From assembly GCA_964187785.1 (NCBI GenBank), contig OZ076409.1:31436001-31500000 (forward strand): DNA of 64,000 bases, written 5' to 3'. Positions 24,462 to 36,841 of the stretch are shown here, piece after piece (positions within the stretch are counted from its first letter, which is position 1; each line of letters opens with the position of its first letter). A program made the translations under genes and the position numbers. The DNA comes from Amphiscolops sp. MND2022 (Eukaryota). Under the pieces are notes generated by a model, which was not told the DNA's origin, did no database searches, and was given only the letters and a program-made list of their open reading frames with translations.

Positions 24462-25133
24462 TCAGTATATGCTATTTTCTCGCTCTTTTGTTAGAAGCGT
24501 TTCCTTTGCAGTGGATGATGGAATATAAAAGGTAGTCGGTTTAGGAGCAACAATATTTGAGCAAAAACGTAAGACGTCACTTGTTTTGGGATCGAAATCA
24601 ATAAGTAAATGTCCGAATGGTCTTGTTGTGGCCCTCTGATAAGCTTCTCGAATGAAATCTAATTGTTTTCATTGTCTACCGAAATGATCAATTTGCTGTA
24701 AGTCTCGTGGTGATTTGAATAAAATGACATGTGTTGTGTTCAAATCAATTGTACGCGACCACTTGCTTTGATGGAATAAGTTGTGTTTGACGAAAATGCA
24801 ATGGAGTTTCCTGTGTCTACCGGCAACTGCAAGTTTGACAAACGCTTGCTCTTGGTAAATCTCCTCACAAGAATCGTCGAAAACTAACAAACAGTTTTCC
24901 AAGTTTTTGATCATTTCAAAGTCCAAATATGGAATGAACTCAATGTTTAATCTTTCAGACATTTCTTGGAAAAGCGGTTGATTTTCCTTGTAAAAATAAA
25001 ACGTTTTTTCGATGGGTGGATAAAATGTTGTAGGTGAAGCAAGCATCGAATAAATGAGACGAGTTTTACCCGAGCCCCCAGGACCAACCAGAGCCATGAA
25101 TAAACGATCATTGGTGAGAATGATTTTGTTCAT
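24462..25133 (-). pseudogene. A32/FtsK-like packaging ATPase, premature stop at 24669
   Basis: Walker A GPGGSGKT, Walker B LLVFDD, AGRH and FKSPRD; homology continues past the TGA (..PFGHLLIDFDP). Confidence 0.9.
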
Positions 25134-25444
25134 AGTTTAGGATTTGGTAGAATGTAACCAACTGCTCCAAATAATAGTGGAAACCACACTGACATTTCTT
25201 CGCATGGCGGTCTGTCTAGAGTAAGTTTCAACAAACTAGCAATTACAAGAATGAATATTAGTGTTGCTTGAGTAAAAAAGACAATCTCTGATCTTGGTGA
25301 AGTGATTGATTTGCAAAACTTCCACAATGACCTTACGCTGTTTTCTTCGTTGGATTCCATACTGCCTATGCCATCATCTTCAGCGATAACTACCTCAGTC
25401 ATATTTAAAAATGTTTTTGATTGTGAAAAATGAATTGATAACAA
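25130..25444 (-). CDS. Small two-TM Polinton protein
   Basis: Two hydrophobic segments ending VGYILPNPKL; stop overlaps the ATPase start. Confidence 0.6.
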   Translation of the reverse strand: MLSIHFSQSKTFLNMTEVVIAEDDGIGSMESNEENSVRSLWKFCKSITSPRSEIVFFTQATLIFILVIASLLKLTLDRPPCEEMSVWFPLLFGAVGYILPNPKL

Positions 25445-25453
25445 ACACGACTA

Positions 25454-26050
25454 TTATGTAGCAGTATAAAATATGAAAATGTTAAATTCATCACTAGACT
25501 TGAGTTTTATTCGGTACTCGCCCTTGACTTTTGCTTGTGCTGGTGGAAAGTAGACAACCTCCAACACTTCACTACTGCTGCTGCTGGAGCCAATCATCAG
25601 CTCTACCCTTTTCAGGTTTTTCTTTTTTGGTTGACGACGACGACGACATTTTTCGTCGTCGACATCCGCCGATGCTGTAGTTTCTGCGTTGCTATCTGTT
25701 TTATCGGATATACACCAATAAGATCGTAAGGATTCTTCGTATTCTTGTGTTTCCAGTTGATTCTCCGTAATGGGCACTAGCGTGTTTTCCAAACAATTGA
25801 ACTCTCTTCTCAATTCCAGACTCAAACAACCTGGATGTGTGCATTCCATTTCTTTCCAGTCATACGTTTCCAACATCAAATCAACAGAGTATTGACGGGG
25901 CAGTTGTGGCGGACTAGGAGCTGTCAAGTCAAAAACACTTTGGTCGTCAGTGTCTTTTTCTCCTTCTTCCTCTTGCTCGTCGTCGTCGTCGTTCGATCTG
26001 AGCATTTTTATTGCCGTATCAACTGTACCTTGAGCACTAATTAAGTGCAA
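25454..26050 (-). CDS. Acidic hypothetical Polinton protein
   Basis: 198-aa open frame co-oriented with the core genes; no recognisable family. Confidence 0.4.
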   Translation of the reverse strand: MHLISAQGTVDTAIKMLRSNDDDDEQEEEGEKDTDDQSVFDLTAPSPPQLPRQYSVDLMLETYDWKEMECTHPGCLSLELRREFNCLENTLVPITENQLETQEYEESLRSYWCISDKTDSNAETTASADVDDEKCRRRRQPKKKNLKRVELMIGSSSSSSEVLEVVYFPPAQAKVKGEYRIKLKSSDEFNIFIFYTAT

Positions 26051-26530
26051 TAAATGTAGCGGTAGGAGAAAAGACTCAACAATTTTCTATTCATCATTTG
26101 TTGCTGAGTTTTTCACTTCCTTTATTAGGATTGCCGACGCTCCGAAATGTGTCTTGTAGGCAAATATACGTTCGACGTCATTACGTTGTGTGAATATGTA
26201 AATCATTGTTTCCAACAACAACAAAATTGTTCTGAAAACAATAATGTTAAACTACTGCAAAAAAAACAATCATTTTGTGTTGAAGGAGCTTCAGCAGTGA
26301 ACAACAGAGTGGATGAGAGCCGCTTTCTTGAAGCATGTTTTTATTTGATGGAAAAAAAGTTTTAAAATTTACATTTCTTGGAAACGTTTTTTTTGCAGAG
26401 TAGAAAAAAGGCGGAATCTGTTTTATTTGGTTGATATTGTGAATCTTGCATAGTTGTCGGGCTGCTATTCTCAGTCAATGAATACAAAAAAACAAATGTG
26501 AAAAAAATTCAGAACAAAATATTGAGTGAA

Positions 26531-27300
26531 CCCTAGACATGGGCACATCAAATTCGTCTAATTTTTCGTCCCGAATATAAATTTCGCATCAAAACGGCAT
26601 TTCTGGTAATACTGGAGTTTTTTCGAAATTTTTGCCCCATAGGGGGATTTTTCCCCTTTCGGAAAATAATTTTTCAAGAGGTTTTTTTCGTTTTTCCAAT
26701 GATATATATGTCGATGGGTGTTCATGATAGTCATTCACAAGTGATGTTTCGAGTTTTAAAATTGAAAAAAAATGACTGAAACTAAGTTTCTCCGTGAGTC
26801 AAGACCATGCATTCATGTTTAAATTTTAATTCCAACCAGAATATGACAATAAAACCGCATTTCAGAATTTTTCATTTTTCCATGATAAGCGGTTGTTGAT
26901 GTTCCAGTTTTAACGTTAAACAAAGTAGTAATTGATCATATACAAAACTAGATTCAAATCCAAAAACTGAGTCTTGAAGATTGTTAGTGTTAAATGAAAA
27001 CTACAACTTAGCTATTAGTTGTTTTTGGGAGACGCCAATTGAAGAAAATCGAGCAAAGTTCGTTCCAAAAACGGCTCAGTGTAGTGAAATTGGTCAGTCA
27101 TGTCGACACCTCTGGTACGCATCTTGTGCACGTTCAAAGATTCGCACTTTTTGAGCTGTTTCTGCAAATTTTTATCGACCTTTCTGTTCGAATTGGGAAG
27201 AAGTTGATTACGTCTCGCCAGACCAATTACTAGTTTGACACCTTTCGTTTTGCAAACTCTGTTCCAGAGCATTAGTTTTTCCGTAAGGTCTTTAGGTGAC
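26531..27300 (-). mobile_element. piggyBac transposon relic
   Basis: CCCTAGA terminus at 26531 (flank TGAA rather than TTAA); transposase-like G.ARRN.L and RGVDMTDQ (cf. GGVD..DQ) at 27015-27272. Confidence 0.5.
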
Positions 27301-27395
27301 AGTGTTGAAACACTATTGTTCCCTTAAACACATTGTTTCCCAATCAACTATCTTTTTTTTATCGCAAAAACTCAATTTTGTTGCTACGGGGCCAC

Positions 27396-27418
27396 AGGGT
27401 TAGGGTTAGGGTTAGGGT
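27396..27418 (+). repeat. Short interstitial (TTAGGG)3 tract
   Basis: AGGGTTAGGGTTAGGGTTAGGGT. Confidence 0.8.
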
Positions 27419-27846
27419 CGAAAAAAACTTGGTGGCATTGTGAGCGAATTGTAGAGAATGTCGGGAAAGATAAAGACGAACTGACACCCTGGTCGAGAAA
27501 GGGCTCCAAACAACAAGGAGTCGAGTGTAGGTTTTGAAAAGTTTTGTTTAGAAGAGGAGGAGGAAGAGTATTCATGACGACCGCTACTTTCGGCGAGAAT
27601 TTGGATATGTTTATAATCAGATGAATTCTTTAATTATCATCTCTCTACAAAGATTTGAAGCACCAATAACAATCGCGTGTTTTTCCATTAAACCTGAAAA
27701 CAGATGTGTTATTTCAGAGTCAGAGCAGAATAGTTTCGTTGACGAAACAAAAAGTGTGAGCACAGATAAAAACAAAAAAAACATGCAAACAATGAATTTA
27801 GAAATTATATTTAGTACAATACACTTGATATGCGTTTTTTGTCAAG

Positions 27847-27989
27847 TTTTTGAGAGCCTGGAGGATACCCGCATCGAGGGTACCCTTCCTCCAGGCTCCC
27901 AAGCACCCAAGAACCAGCCCGTGCTGGTGTTTACGTATCTGCCAAAAGGCAAACACATCCAGCACGGGCTGGGTGCGGGTCCCCTCAAT
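27847..27989 (+). CDS. FLII: Probable Flightless-I exon (insertion region)
   Basis: GC-richer open stretch FESLEDTRIEGTLPPG..GAGPLN, AAG acceptor, strong GTAAGC donor; phase 1 in, phase 0 out. Confidence 0.55.
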
Positions 27990-29919
27990 GTAAGCTTGGA
28001 TCTCCTGCTGCAGAAAAATTGTGAACGGTCATTTTTGAGATAAAACTTCAACGATTAAAAAAAGTCAGAAAAACAGATAAAGAAAAACAAACCTCGTCTC
28101 CGCAAATCATCCGAAGTGTGTCATAGGTCTCACTGGAGACGTCGAGAAGACAAGAGGCCCTGGACCTCTTGTTCCCGACGCCCCAGGCAAAATGATCTAT
28201 TTCATCAAGCTCACTCCAGCTGAGCATTTTTGTTGAAATTGTTTGGATCAGAGATTTGGTTAGAAAGATAGTATTTCTATGAGGTGTAGTGATTTGGAGA
28301 ATTTTGAGCACAGAATGAATTTTTTGAGCTCGATAGGCTCAACCCTTTTTTCAAGACTCCAAGCACCTCCTTCGGTTTTTTCCAGTTTCACTTTTATCTT
28401 GGAATCATCAAAGATTTTAACCCAGACACAATTTCCATACCTAATCATTTGGAACCTCGGATAAATAACCATTTTCACTTTTTAGGGCTCATAAGACTCG
28501 GATCAAAGGCTCCGCCATCTTTTGAACCTGTTTTCAAAGTGTTGCAGGGTCCACCTTTATTCCTTTGAAATTCGGAACCCACCAAATTTGAGTTACCAAG
28601 TGATGAATCAAAGAAAAGACTGACACTCTGTTAATTGGCATTGTTTTTTCAGTTATAATTAACAAAAAAAATGTTGCCTTCACAATTCCAAAAAACTTAG
28701 AAGGCATTTTGATTGCTTTTTTCCCAAAAAATTTAGCATTTTTTCCAGAAAATTTCATGTTTTTTCCAGCCATTTTAGGTCATTTTGTCTTTTTACAGAA
28801 TGTGAAAATTCGGTGTGAAAAGAAGCTAGGATAATTTCCATAGATTTGCTTGAAATGTAAATGACTGTTTCCATTACGCAAATGAAGACAAAATCAGGGA
28901 AATTTGTTCCACAGCAATCACGCTTCAAAAGAAAGGTAATATAATCTAAGAGCACATTCATTTCAAAGTTGCTAGAATAAAAGACTTTTTATTGATTCCA
29001 TTTCCTTTCATCCCATCTGCGTTCCATTTCCATTCCCAACAAACCACTCCTTCCATTTTTATTACTTTCCAGCACGCAAAGGTAAGGAACTTTCCTTTCA
29101 TTGCCTGAAATACGAACAAAAAATTATCGGGCCTGTATTTTGTTTTCGGATTTTGTTCGGCTCTCGGTGAGATTTTTTTGTTCGGATACGTCATGTTCGT
29201 ATCGCAAATATTACGTAACGTTTCAGAAAGTTTTGTTGTCCATATTTGGTTACTCACTCAATACCCCCCCACATATAATGCCGCGTACTACTACTACTAC
29301 TCCTTTTGCATATGGAGTTCATTCCAAGCAAAAAGTCAGTTAAATATTGATAATAATCATAATACAAAAAGTTTCTCATTGCGCCTCTTGTTGGATTTGA
29401 ATGACCAGCAAAGATCTATGCGCTCAAGATGGCTAAAGTTTATCAAACTGTTCTCCGGTCCATATTTTGCCCTTTTATCCAAATTACACATGTATGTGTT
29501 TTTGGATTTTTTTCCATTCCACAAAAGTGTCATGAATTTTCTGAAGCAGTATGGGTACCGAGTCTCGCAATAAACCAAAAATTTTAATGCTTGCAGAAGG
29601 AGAGGGGAGACTGTTAGGTCCCTCCTTTGGGTTTTTCGGCACTACGAGACTTTTTAACTGAAGTGCCCCTCTGCGTTTTAGCTGAATTGAAGCGTTTTGC
29701 GAGAATGAATTTTACAAAAATTCGCTTTGATATTTCCATTTGGGAAAAAGCGGTTTTCGAGTCTTATGGTGTCCCTTCGAGTATTTTGTGGCACTGTAAA
29801 TTCGAGAAAATTTTCACAACTGTGTCTCTCCGCACATTTAATAAACTTTCATAACCTTGAGCGGGGCACCGACTTGGGTCGTTTTCGCCTTGTTCATTAT
29901 ACTTGCACTCGGCAAATAG

Positions 29920-30001
29920 CTTATTTTGGGCCCAAGGGCGGGCTACTTCAGCAATCGCTACTTCATCAGCGGGGTGCCGAATGATGCCGTTCCCGGATTA
30001 T
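29920..30001 (+). CDS. FLII: Probable Flightless-I exon (insertion region)
   Basis: TAG acceptor and GTAAAT donor; LILGPRAGYFSNRYFISGVPNDAVPGL. Phase 0 in and 1 out exactly bridges 27989 to 30436. Confidence 0.55.
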
Positions 30002-30435
30002 GTAAATATATCTGCGTAAGCTGGAGTAACATTAGAACGCTAGAAGCAATTTTTTCCACCGATCTTACGATCTTGACGAAATATTCAACGTCTCAAATTT
30101 ATTTGCTCCCTGTCTCCCGTAGCATGTAGCGCGGACACTTTTACTGACATGAAGCAAACGAATGTTAACTAATTAATAATTCGCGAGAGCTTCGCCTGCA
30201 TTCAAATAAGGTCATTAGCGCTTACTATAAAACTCATAGTCCAAGATTTTGGAAATCTGTTTGGAATGTGAAAGATTTCTGCGTATTTTTGTATTTTATC
30301 TCAAAAACTGTGGAAATGAAGCATATACTTTTAGTTTAGAATTATTCAGTTGTCGAAATGTTAGTGAGCCGACCTTTCATGCATTGGTTTTCAAGATTCA
30401 GGGATTTTGTATATTGTATTTTGAATGGTCTTCAG

Positions 30436-30640
30436 TGGAGAAAACTGAATGGGCGATGCACGAAAGCCAGCTGAATAGCAGAGCAGTTCATATCGTGGAT
30501 GCGCAAACCGCTGTGTTTGTATGGGAAGGTCGCAAAAGTCAGCGTATTTTGAGACGAGCAGCCTTGCAGCTAGCCAACATGTTACTAACTATGATAATAC
30601 GACAGGACGATGAAGCTGGGGTCCTCATAGAAAAGCAGGG
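30436..30640 (+). CDS. FLII: Flightless-I exon, gelsolin repeat 3
   Basis: LNSRAVHIVDAQTAVFVWEGRKSQRILRRAALQLA matches FLII [33 protein letters not shown]/GT boundaries. Confidence 0.9.
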
Positions 30641-30816
30641 GTTCGTTGCTTTTAGTTCATCTAGTTTTCGCTCACGCTCAACACATAGTTTGGGCTTTTT
30701 TAAACTGAAAGTTGGTTCGGTGCTTTTCGAATTGAAAATGGGAGATTTGTTGGTCGCATATAGCAGTTTATTATAACGAGTTATAACGGTTTTTCTTTTT
30801 ACGTATTTTGCTTTAG

Positions 30817-30907
30817 TTTCGAAGACGAGTTCTTCAAAAGTTTCTTCTCATCCTGGGAATCAGAGAAAGTGGCGATTGATTTCACCAAAGATGCTTTTCA
30901 TGGACAG
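30817..30907 (+). CDS. FLII: Flightless-I exon
   Basis: (G)FEDEFFKSFFSSWE..IDFTK resembles FLII GTEAQVFKAKFKNWD..VDYTR; TAG/GT boundaries, in phase. Confidence 0.85.
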
Positions 30908-30995
30908 GTTGCATCCCATACAAAAGTTAGAGCCCAATATATATATTTTTTAAATATTATTTTTTCTGAAAGTTATGTGAACATTGTTTCTTTAG

Positions 30996-31112
30996 GAAGA
31001 CCGCAAGGAAACGAAAGCGAACTTGGGTGCGTTGTTTGCACCCAGGGCACCGGAGCAGAATTTGGAGGACTTGGAGTATGAGCGACTCTACTACTTTGAT
31101 GATCTTAAGCAA
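30996..31112 (+). CDS. FLII: Flightless-I exon
   Basis: KANLGALFAPRAP resembles FLII KADLTALFLPRQP; TAG acceptor, GTAAGT donor. Confidence 0.85.
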
Positions 31113-33929
31113 GTAAGTGGGGCTCATTTCAGTGCGTAGATTGGAAAGTAAATGAGCACTTTCATTTAAAGATTGATCAGGAGAAAAAACAATCGGAAGA
31201 TCTTGAAGCATTTCTGTTTCCCTTCATAGATTACCCATTAAATTTTATAGTCAAAATGGATGTAATAGAATATTCGCAGGGGTTTTCCCAATTTTTGGCC
31301 AAGTGAATATAGTTTTCATTTTTTTAGGCTGACTGGATTTTCACGATCAAATAAGACATTTTTCGGAATGAGTTTCAGTTATCCTCCATTTTCTTGTCTT
31401 TTTTGATGCTCAAAAAATCCCCATGAGCTGGAATATTTATTTAATATTTCTGCGTTAGCTGGAATTTTGAAAATATTTTTGCTTAAGCTCGAATTTTTTT
31501 CGCGTGAGCTGGAATGTAATTAAACGAGAGGTTCAATTTTATTACGACAAATCGTTTTTTCTCCATAGTTTCCACCTTTTATCATCTTTATCATCTTTTA
31601 TTAACGTATCTAGCTCTTCAGCAACTAGCCGAGAAGAATTTTGTTGGCAATGAGCTATCGCGTGTTAACCTAATTAATTAATACCTCGCTAAAAAAATTT
31701 TTATTAAAGAAACAAATGCAAAAGTTCATTGATGTTACTTTTATCAAGTGTTTTTCTTTATTCAAGGAACAAAACTTGTAGTCCCAGATTTGTTTATTTT
31801 CAGTGTCACATTCGGTGTGCATTTTTGCCAAATTCATAATTTTTGATTGTTTTGAGAAATCTACCTCGAATTCCAAACTTTTAAAAATCTTTTCTGTTTT
31901 CAACAAAAGTTTTGTTTTGATTTATAACTTTTCATCAAGGTTTTTCCGAGTTATTCATTTTCCGAGTTAATTTTATTTATTGGAATTATTTGGATGCCGA
32001 TTTTTGCGTTTTGCTTTTAGTGTTTGGAAATAGTTCAAATAGTACCATAGATGCGCAGATGTCTAATTATGACGATTTACACAAGTCTTCTGAATATTTA
32101 TAACTTAATTTTTTTGGTCTCAATCGAAGGCTTCTGATTTTTAGATTGGTTTCTTCCGATCAGTATTTTGCAGTTTTGCTTTATTTTTGAGTAATGTTAG
32201 TCGGAAAATAGCAGAGACGAATCATTTTTTCTGTAATGTCCCTGTACGTTTTTTCCCATAACTACTCGATTTGAAACTAAAATAAGTTGTTTATTTTCGT
32301 CGAATTTGAAGATCGTTCTTCTCAGCTTTACTTCTCGCAATTACTTTCGAGTGAAGCGTCATCGAAAGCCCATGATACATGGATTGAATCAAGTGAATCA
32401 GTATTGAGCACTCGTTCATGTTTAAGTAGTTTCTCCCGAGCAATTTATTTTGTTCAAAAATGAGCGGGACAAAACAGCCGGTTGATTATGCACGCATCAG
32501 CATCAATAAAGCGCATTAATCAGAGAATATTAGCACAAAGATAATTTAGTTGGACTTCGGTATAATACACCTTCGTTATAACATAATTAAATTATAAATC
32601 TAGTTCTTGATGTTTTCAGCTAGAGATCGTTTTTCGCTGTCGCCCATCAAAGAAAAATATGTATCCCGAATTTGAGCACAGTTAAACGCCTCTTTATCTG
32701 TGATTTGAATCGGACCATCGTCTGACTCTGATTATTCGTCGCTAGTCATCGCAATTTTCATCCAGATTTTCTTTTAACTCAAAAACTTCTGGTTTCAAAT
32801 TCATCGGGCGTTAGAATTTCATCATCGGGAAAAACCTCAGGATCAAGATAAAGGTTGCTGAATTCTTCAATAGACTCATCGAGCTTTTGAAGAAAATTGC
32901 CCGACTCTTACAGTTGGTAGTTTTTTAGACACGGAAGGTCCTTTTTTTAGGAGTCGGAAAAAATTTCGACTAATTATGCAATCGTGTCTCTCCCAACCAT
33001 TTCATGAAAATTTAAAATTTCTCAAAAACTGTTCATTCGATTTTTATTATTTCTGCTTTAGCAGGAATATTATTGCAATCTCAAAATGTCTACTTTTTGC
33101 ACATGACGAAGTCAATGTGCATTGCAGTCCAGCTAAGTAAGTTTTTTTTCCACAATAGTCAACTTCATAATGAGCGCCTTTTACAAAAGAGCCAAAACCC
33201 CAGAGAGATTCGAACCTGCAGCCTCCCGATTGCACGGCATAAGTGTTGACCACTGTGCCATAGGGACGTTATTGAACAAAGTTGAACTGTTGAATAAATA
33301 CGCATGCGATTGAATATATACGATTTTTCGGCATTCGTCTAGCCATGATTCGTCTTCGTCATGTGTTGCGAAGCACCGCTTCGCCTCTGTGTTCCAATAC
33401 AATTCTTGGCACGATACTGAATAATTCAGATATTTTGTTCGGCAGTGACTATAAGCGTAAGAATTAAATTTCTCAAGCTGCCGACTACAATTCAATTCTC
33501 GTGCGATGGAACGAGCCAGTGGTAATTATGCATTCTTAAGCTGACGTCATTGAGATGAAGCGAGCGAATGTTCGTAATTGTGCTTTCGTTGCGCCGAGTT
33601 ATTGAGATGAAGCGAATGAGTGTTAATTATACTTTCGCGGAGAGCTTCGCCTGCATTCAAATATATATTTGCTTTAGTCCGAGATTTACTACTATTACTA
33701 CTAAAAGACTGAATTGATTGTAGTCAGAAATTGATTCTAGAAAGAAATACTTGATGATATTTACATGTACAGATTTTTTCAATAACAGATTTAAAGGTGG
33801 TATAAACTGGTACAGTGCTTAATTGTGCACTAAATAATGATTAAACAGGAGTGTATTGGTATTCCAGATATGATTCTATTATTGATGAAAGATTAAAGCA
33901 GAAATAGTAGTGTGCCACGGAATCGCCTA

Positions 33930-34398
33930 TTTTCATAAAATTTTGCAGTCATTTTACACCCAAAGGGGCCCCTGCCTGCGCAAAGGCGTCAAAATCGTAT
34001 GACTGGAATGTGAGAAACAGCCAAAATTAGCCCAATAATGGCCAAAAAACAGCCATTTTCGACTTTTTTCAATTTTTCAAAAACTGTCCATACGATTCGA
34101 ACGAATTTTTGTACAGTCCTACACCATATTATGCTCCTTTGTGTGTAATTTCATCAAATTCGTATTGCTGGGATGAGAAACATAGCCAAAATTAACCCAA
34201 AAATGACCAAAAAACAGCCATTTTTTATTTTCGCAAAAACTGTCCATATGATTCGAACGAAATTTTCTACAGTCATTTTCTACACCATAGTATGGTCCTA
34301 TATGTGCTTTTTCAATAAATTTGTATGACTGGGATTGGAGCGAGTCAGAAGGAAAAAGACCTAGGCCGACTCCTTTACCGCATATGCGGCTCTGGTTG
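33930..34398 (+). repeat. R1 repeat, 5'-truncated copy
   Basis: Same internal subrepeats and the CCGACTCCTTTACCGCATATGCGGCTCTGGTT end. Confidence 0.75.
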
Positions 34399-36652
34399 TT
34401 CATTTGTTCAACAACAACAACTTGAACGACGGACGCTCAAAATATACTCGAAACGTCAGAACCTCATCCAAAACAAGAAACGACGCCCAGAACCTCGAAA
34501 ACCTACACTAAGAATCCCCCTTTTGGCTATCTTGGTGTTTTTCATTTGGATTTTTTCGGCACTGAGACTTTTTGATTCAATTTTGCAACAGAATGAATGT
34601 TAAAAAACCCCAAAGGGCTCCCCTTTCAAATTTTTCGGTATTGTGACACTGTTCAAAAATCTCATTTTTTCAGAAGTCTAAGAGATTTGAAGTCTAGAGG
34701 GATCTACGAGGACTCCTGAATTTCCCAACACAAACGGACATCATTTTTTGTTTACCCTTTGTTTATCTTGCTTCAGTCCGGTCTTTTATTTCCAGATTTA
34801 CTTACATGTAATTGGTTCGAAAATAGCATTGCTGAAACTGTATTGTTGCGAGATTTTCATTATAACGCATGTTCAGTATAGGCGAGGTTTAATAAATTGA
34901 AACATGTCAATTATTTAGTGGGAGAATCAATTTAATACAGTATAACGCGGTTAACAATATGAGCGATGTGTACGGTAACGAGATTCAAATGTACTTAGCG
35001 CGCCAATTCGGTCCAACTTTTGGGTTTTTTGGGTACTGTAAAAGAGAATACTTGACACTTTGAAGTCCTTTCGCTATTTTTGAGCCTTAGATATGGCGCC
35101 GACTTGTGCAGTCTCGGGCTTGTTTTCCTATATGCAAAATCGGCTATTTTGTCTCGTTTTTAATATTTCTGCTTTAGCAGGAATGTTATTGTAACCTCAA
35201 AGTTGGTCCTTTTTTTTTTCAGTCGTCAAATTTCGTCCTACTGAATAATTCAGATATTTTGTTCGGCAGTGAGTGTAAGCGTGGGAAAGCTGCCGACAAC
35301 AATTCAATTCTAGTGCGATAGAACGAGCGAGTGGTAATTATCCATTCGTATGCTGACGTCATTGAGATGAAGCGAATGAGTGTTAATTATTCGTTCGTTG
35401 AGAGCTTCGCCTGCATTCAAATGCGAATGCGAAACTTCGTCTACGCTTAGTTATATTTTCTTTAGTCCGAGAAGAATTAAAGGCGGTGTAAACTTGTACA
35501 GTGATTAATTGTGCTCTAAGTAATGATTAAACAGGAGTGTATTGGTATTCCAGATATGATTCTTTTATTAATGATTTTTTGTTTTAAAAAAATAAAGATT
35601 AAAGCAGAAATAGTACTGAGCCCCGGAGGGGCCTATTTTGGAAATCGGCTGATTTGTCACGTATCCCGTTCACTGACTGATACATCAGGTATCCCGTTGA
35701 AATATGGTTAGAAGCTTTCAGAAAAAAGCTGACCAAAAAGCAGCTTTTTATGTCCTCAACCTTCTGGTTAGCAGGCCGTTACTTTAGCAAGCTATCAATT
35801 GTCAAAACAAAACCGTTTTCTCGGTCCTCTCAAAAGATGTTTGATTCTAGTTTTTGCCTCGCAGTTTCGGTTTTGACAAATAAAGGGTTTTGAAGTTTTT
35901 AAACATGTATACAGTAGATATGCAAGGACTGGAAAACCGCTTTTCCCCAACTCGGAACATAAACTAATTTTTTTCAAGGTCTTTTCCACAATCATTGAAA
36001 AAATTCTTCAGTTCCATAGTATCAAAAAAATAATCGAAGATGTCACTCTCAAGACTCGGAAAAAAGTTTGTTTTACAGAAAACCTCAAAAGAAACAAAAA
36101 TTGCGAGAAACTTCGAAAAAAGACTTACATTCGTCGGTAAAAGGCATAGTACCGAAAAACACCTAATGTGGTCTAAAACCTAAAGATCGAGGGGGAGTGT
36201 GTTCTGTTCTAAAAAATTCAGAAAAAAAGTCATAAATTTGAAAAAAAAATCCCAAAGAGGGGCCATTCTGTGTCCTCTACTTTTAAAGTAAGCTTTAAAA
36301 AAATTCGTGTTTTAATTCGCACTCAAAAATTTAAGCCTTAAAGTTTAGAGCGAGACTCGAACCCACGTTGTCTTAGATCTTCTCACCGACTAAAAATTCA
36401 CGCTGATTCTTATCACTTTTCGATTATATCGTTTTGGGCTTATATTACCACTATTACCACTACCTATTAGTGTTTCCAAATGACCAAGTTATAAATTCTA
36501 TTGTGAAAAGCGGCATTCTATTTTGCTATGCAAATAGCCGATTTTTAAAGAAACATTCAGCGGCCAGTCTTTCTGGGACTCAACATGGTTTGAGTTTTAG
36601 GAATAACAGTTGCCTAATTCTGGAGTGATTTTTAAAACATTTTTCCTTTCAG

Positions 36653-36841
36653 ACTACTTGTTTCTGGTTCGATGGCCAAGAATTCGTGAAGCTACCTGAG
36701 AGTGAGTTTGCTCAATTTTACTCCGGAGACTGCTTCGTGTATGTATCTTACTACGTACACCCTCCTGAAGAAGATCTTGACGAAGATGCGCCCGATGATG
36801 ATGATGATGATGAAACTGTCGACATCTCGCTTTTTAAACAC
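36653..36841 (+). CDS. FLII: Flightless-I exon, gelsolin repeat 4 start plus acidic loop
   Basis: FVKLPESEFAQFYSGDCFVY matches FLII [20 protein letters not shown], followed by an acidic tract. CAG acceptor; the GTAACA donor is less certain. Confidence 0.85.

Larger units (their letters stand above)
10302..26530 (-). mobile_element. Maverick/Polinton element A (left TIR present, right end missing)
   Basis: Begins AGTAGTTTGATTTCATATGGGACC, the reverse complement of the terminus ending at 47684. Full core gene set on the - strand. The right boundary is approximate. Confidence 0.85.

Noticed and set aside
27420..28620. Possible nested minus-strand gene fragments
   Set aside because: Short open stretches with plausible splice sites, but no consistent frame or recognisable protein.
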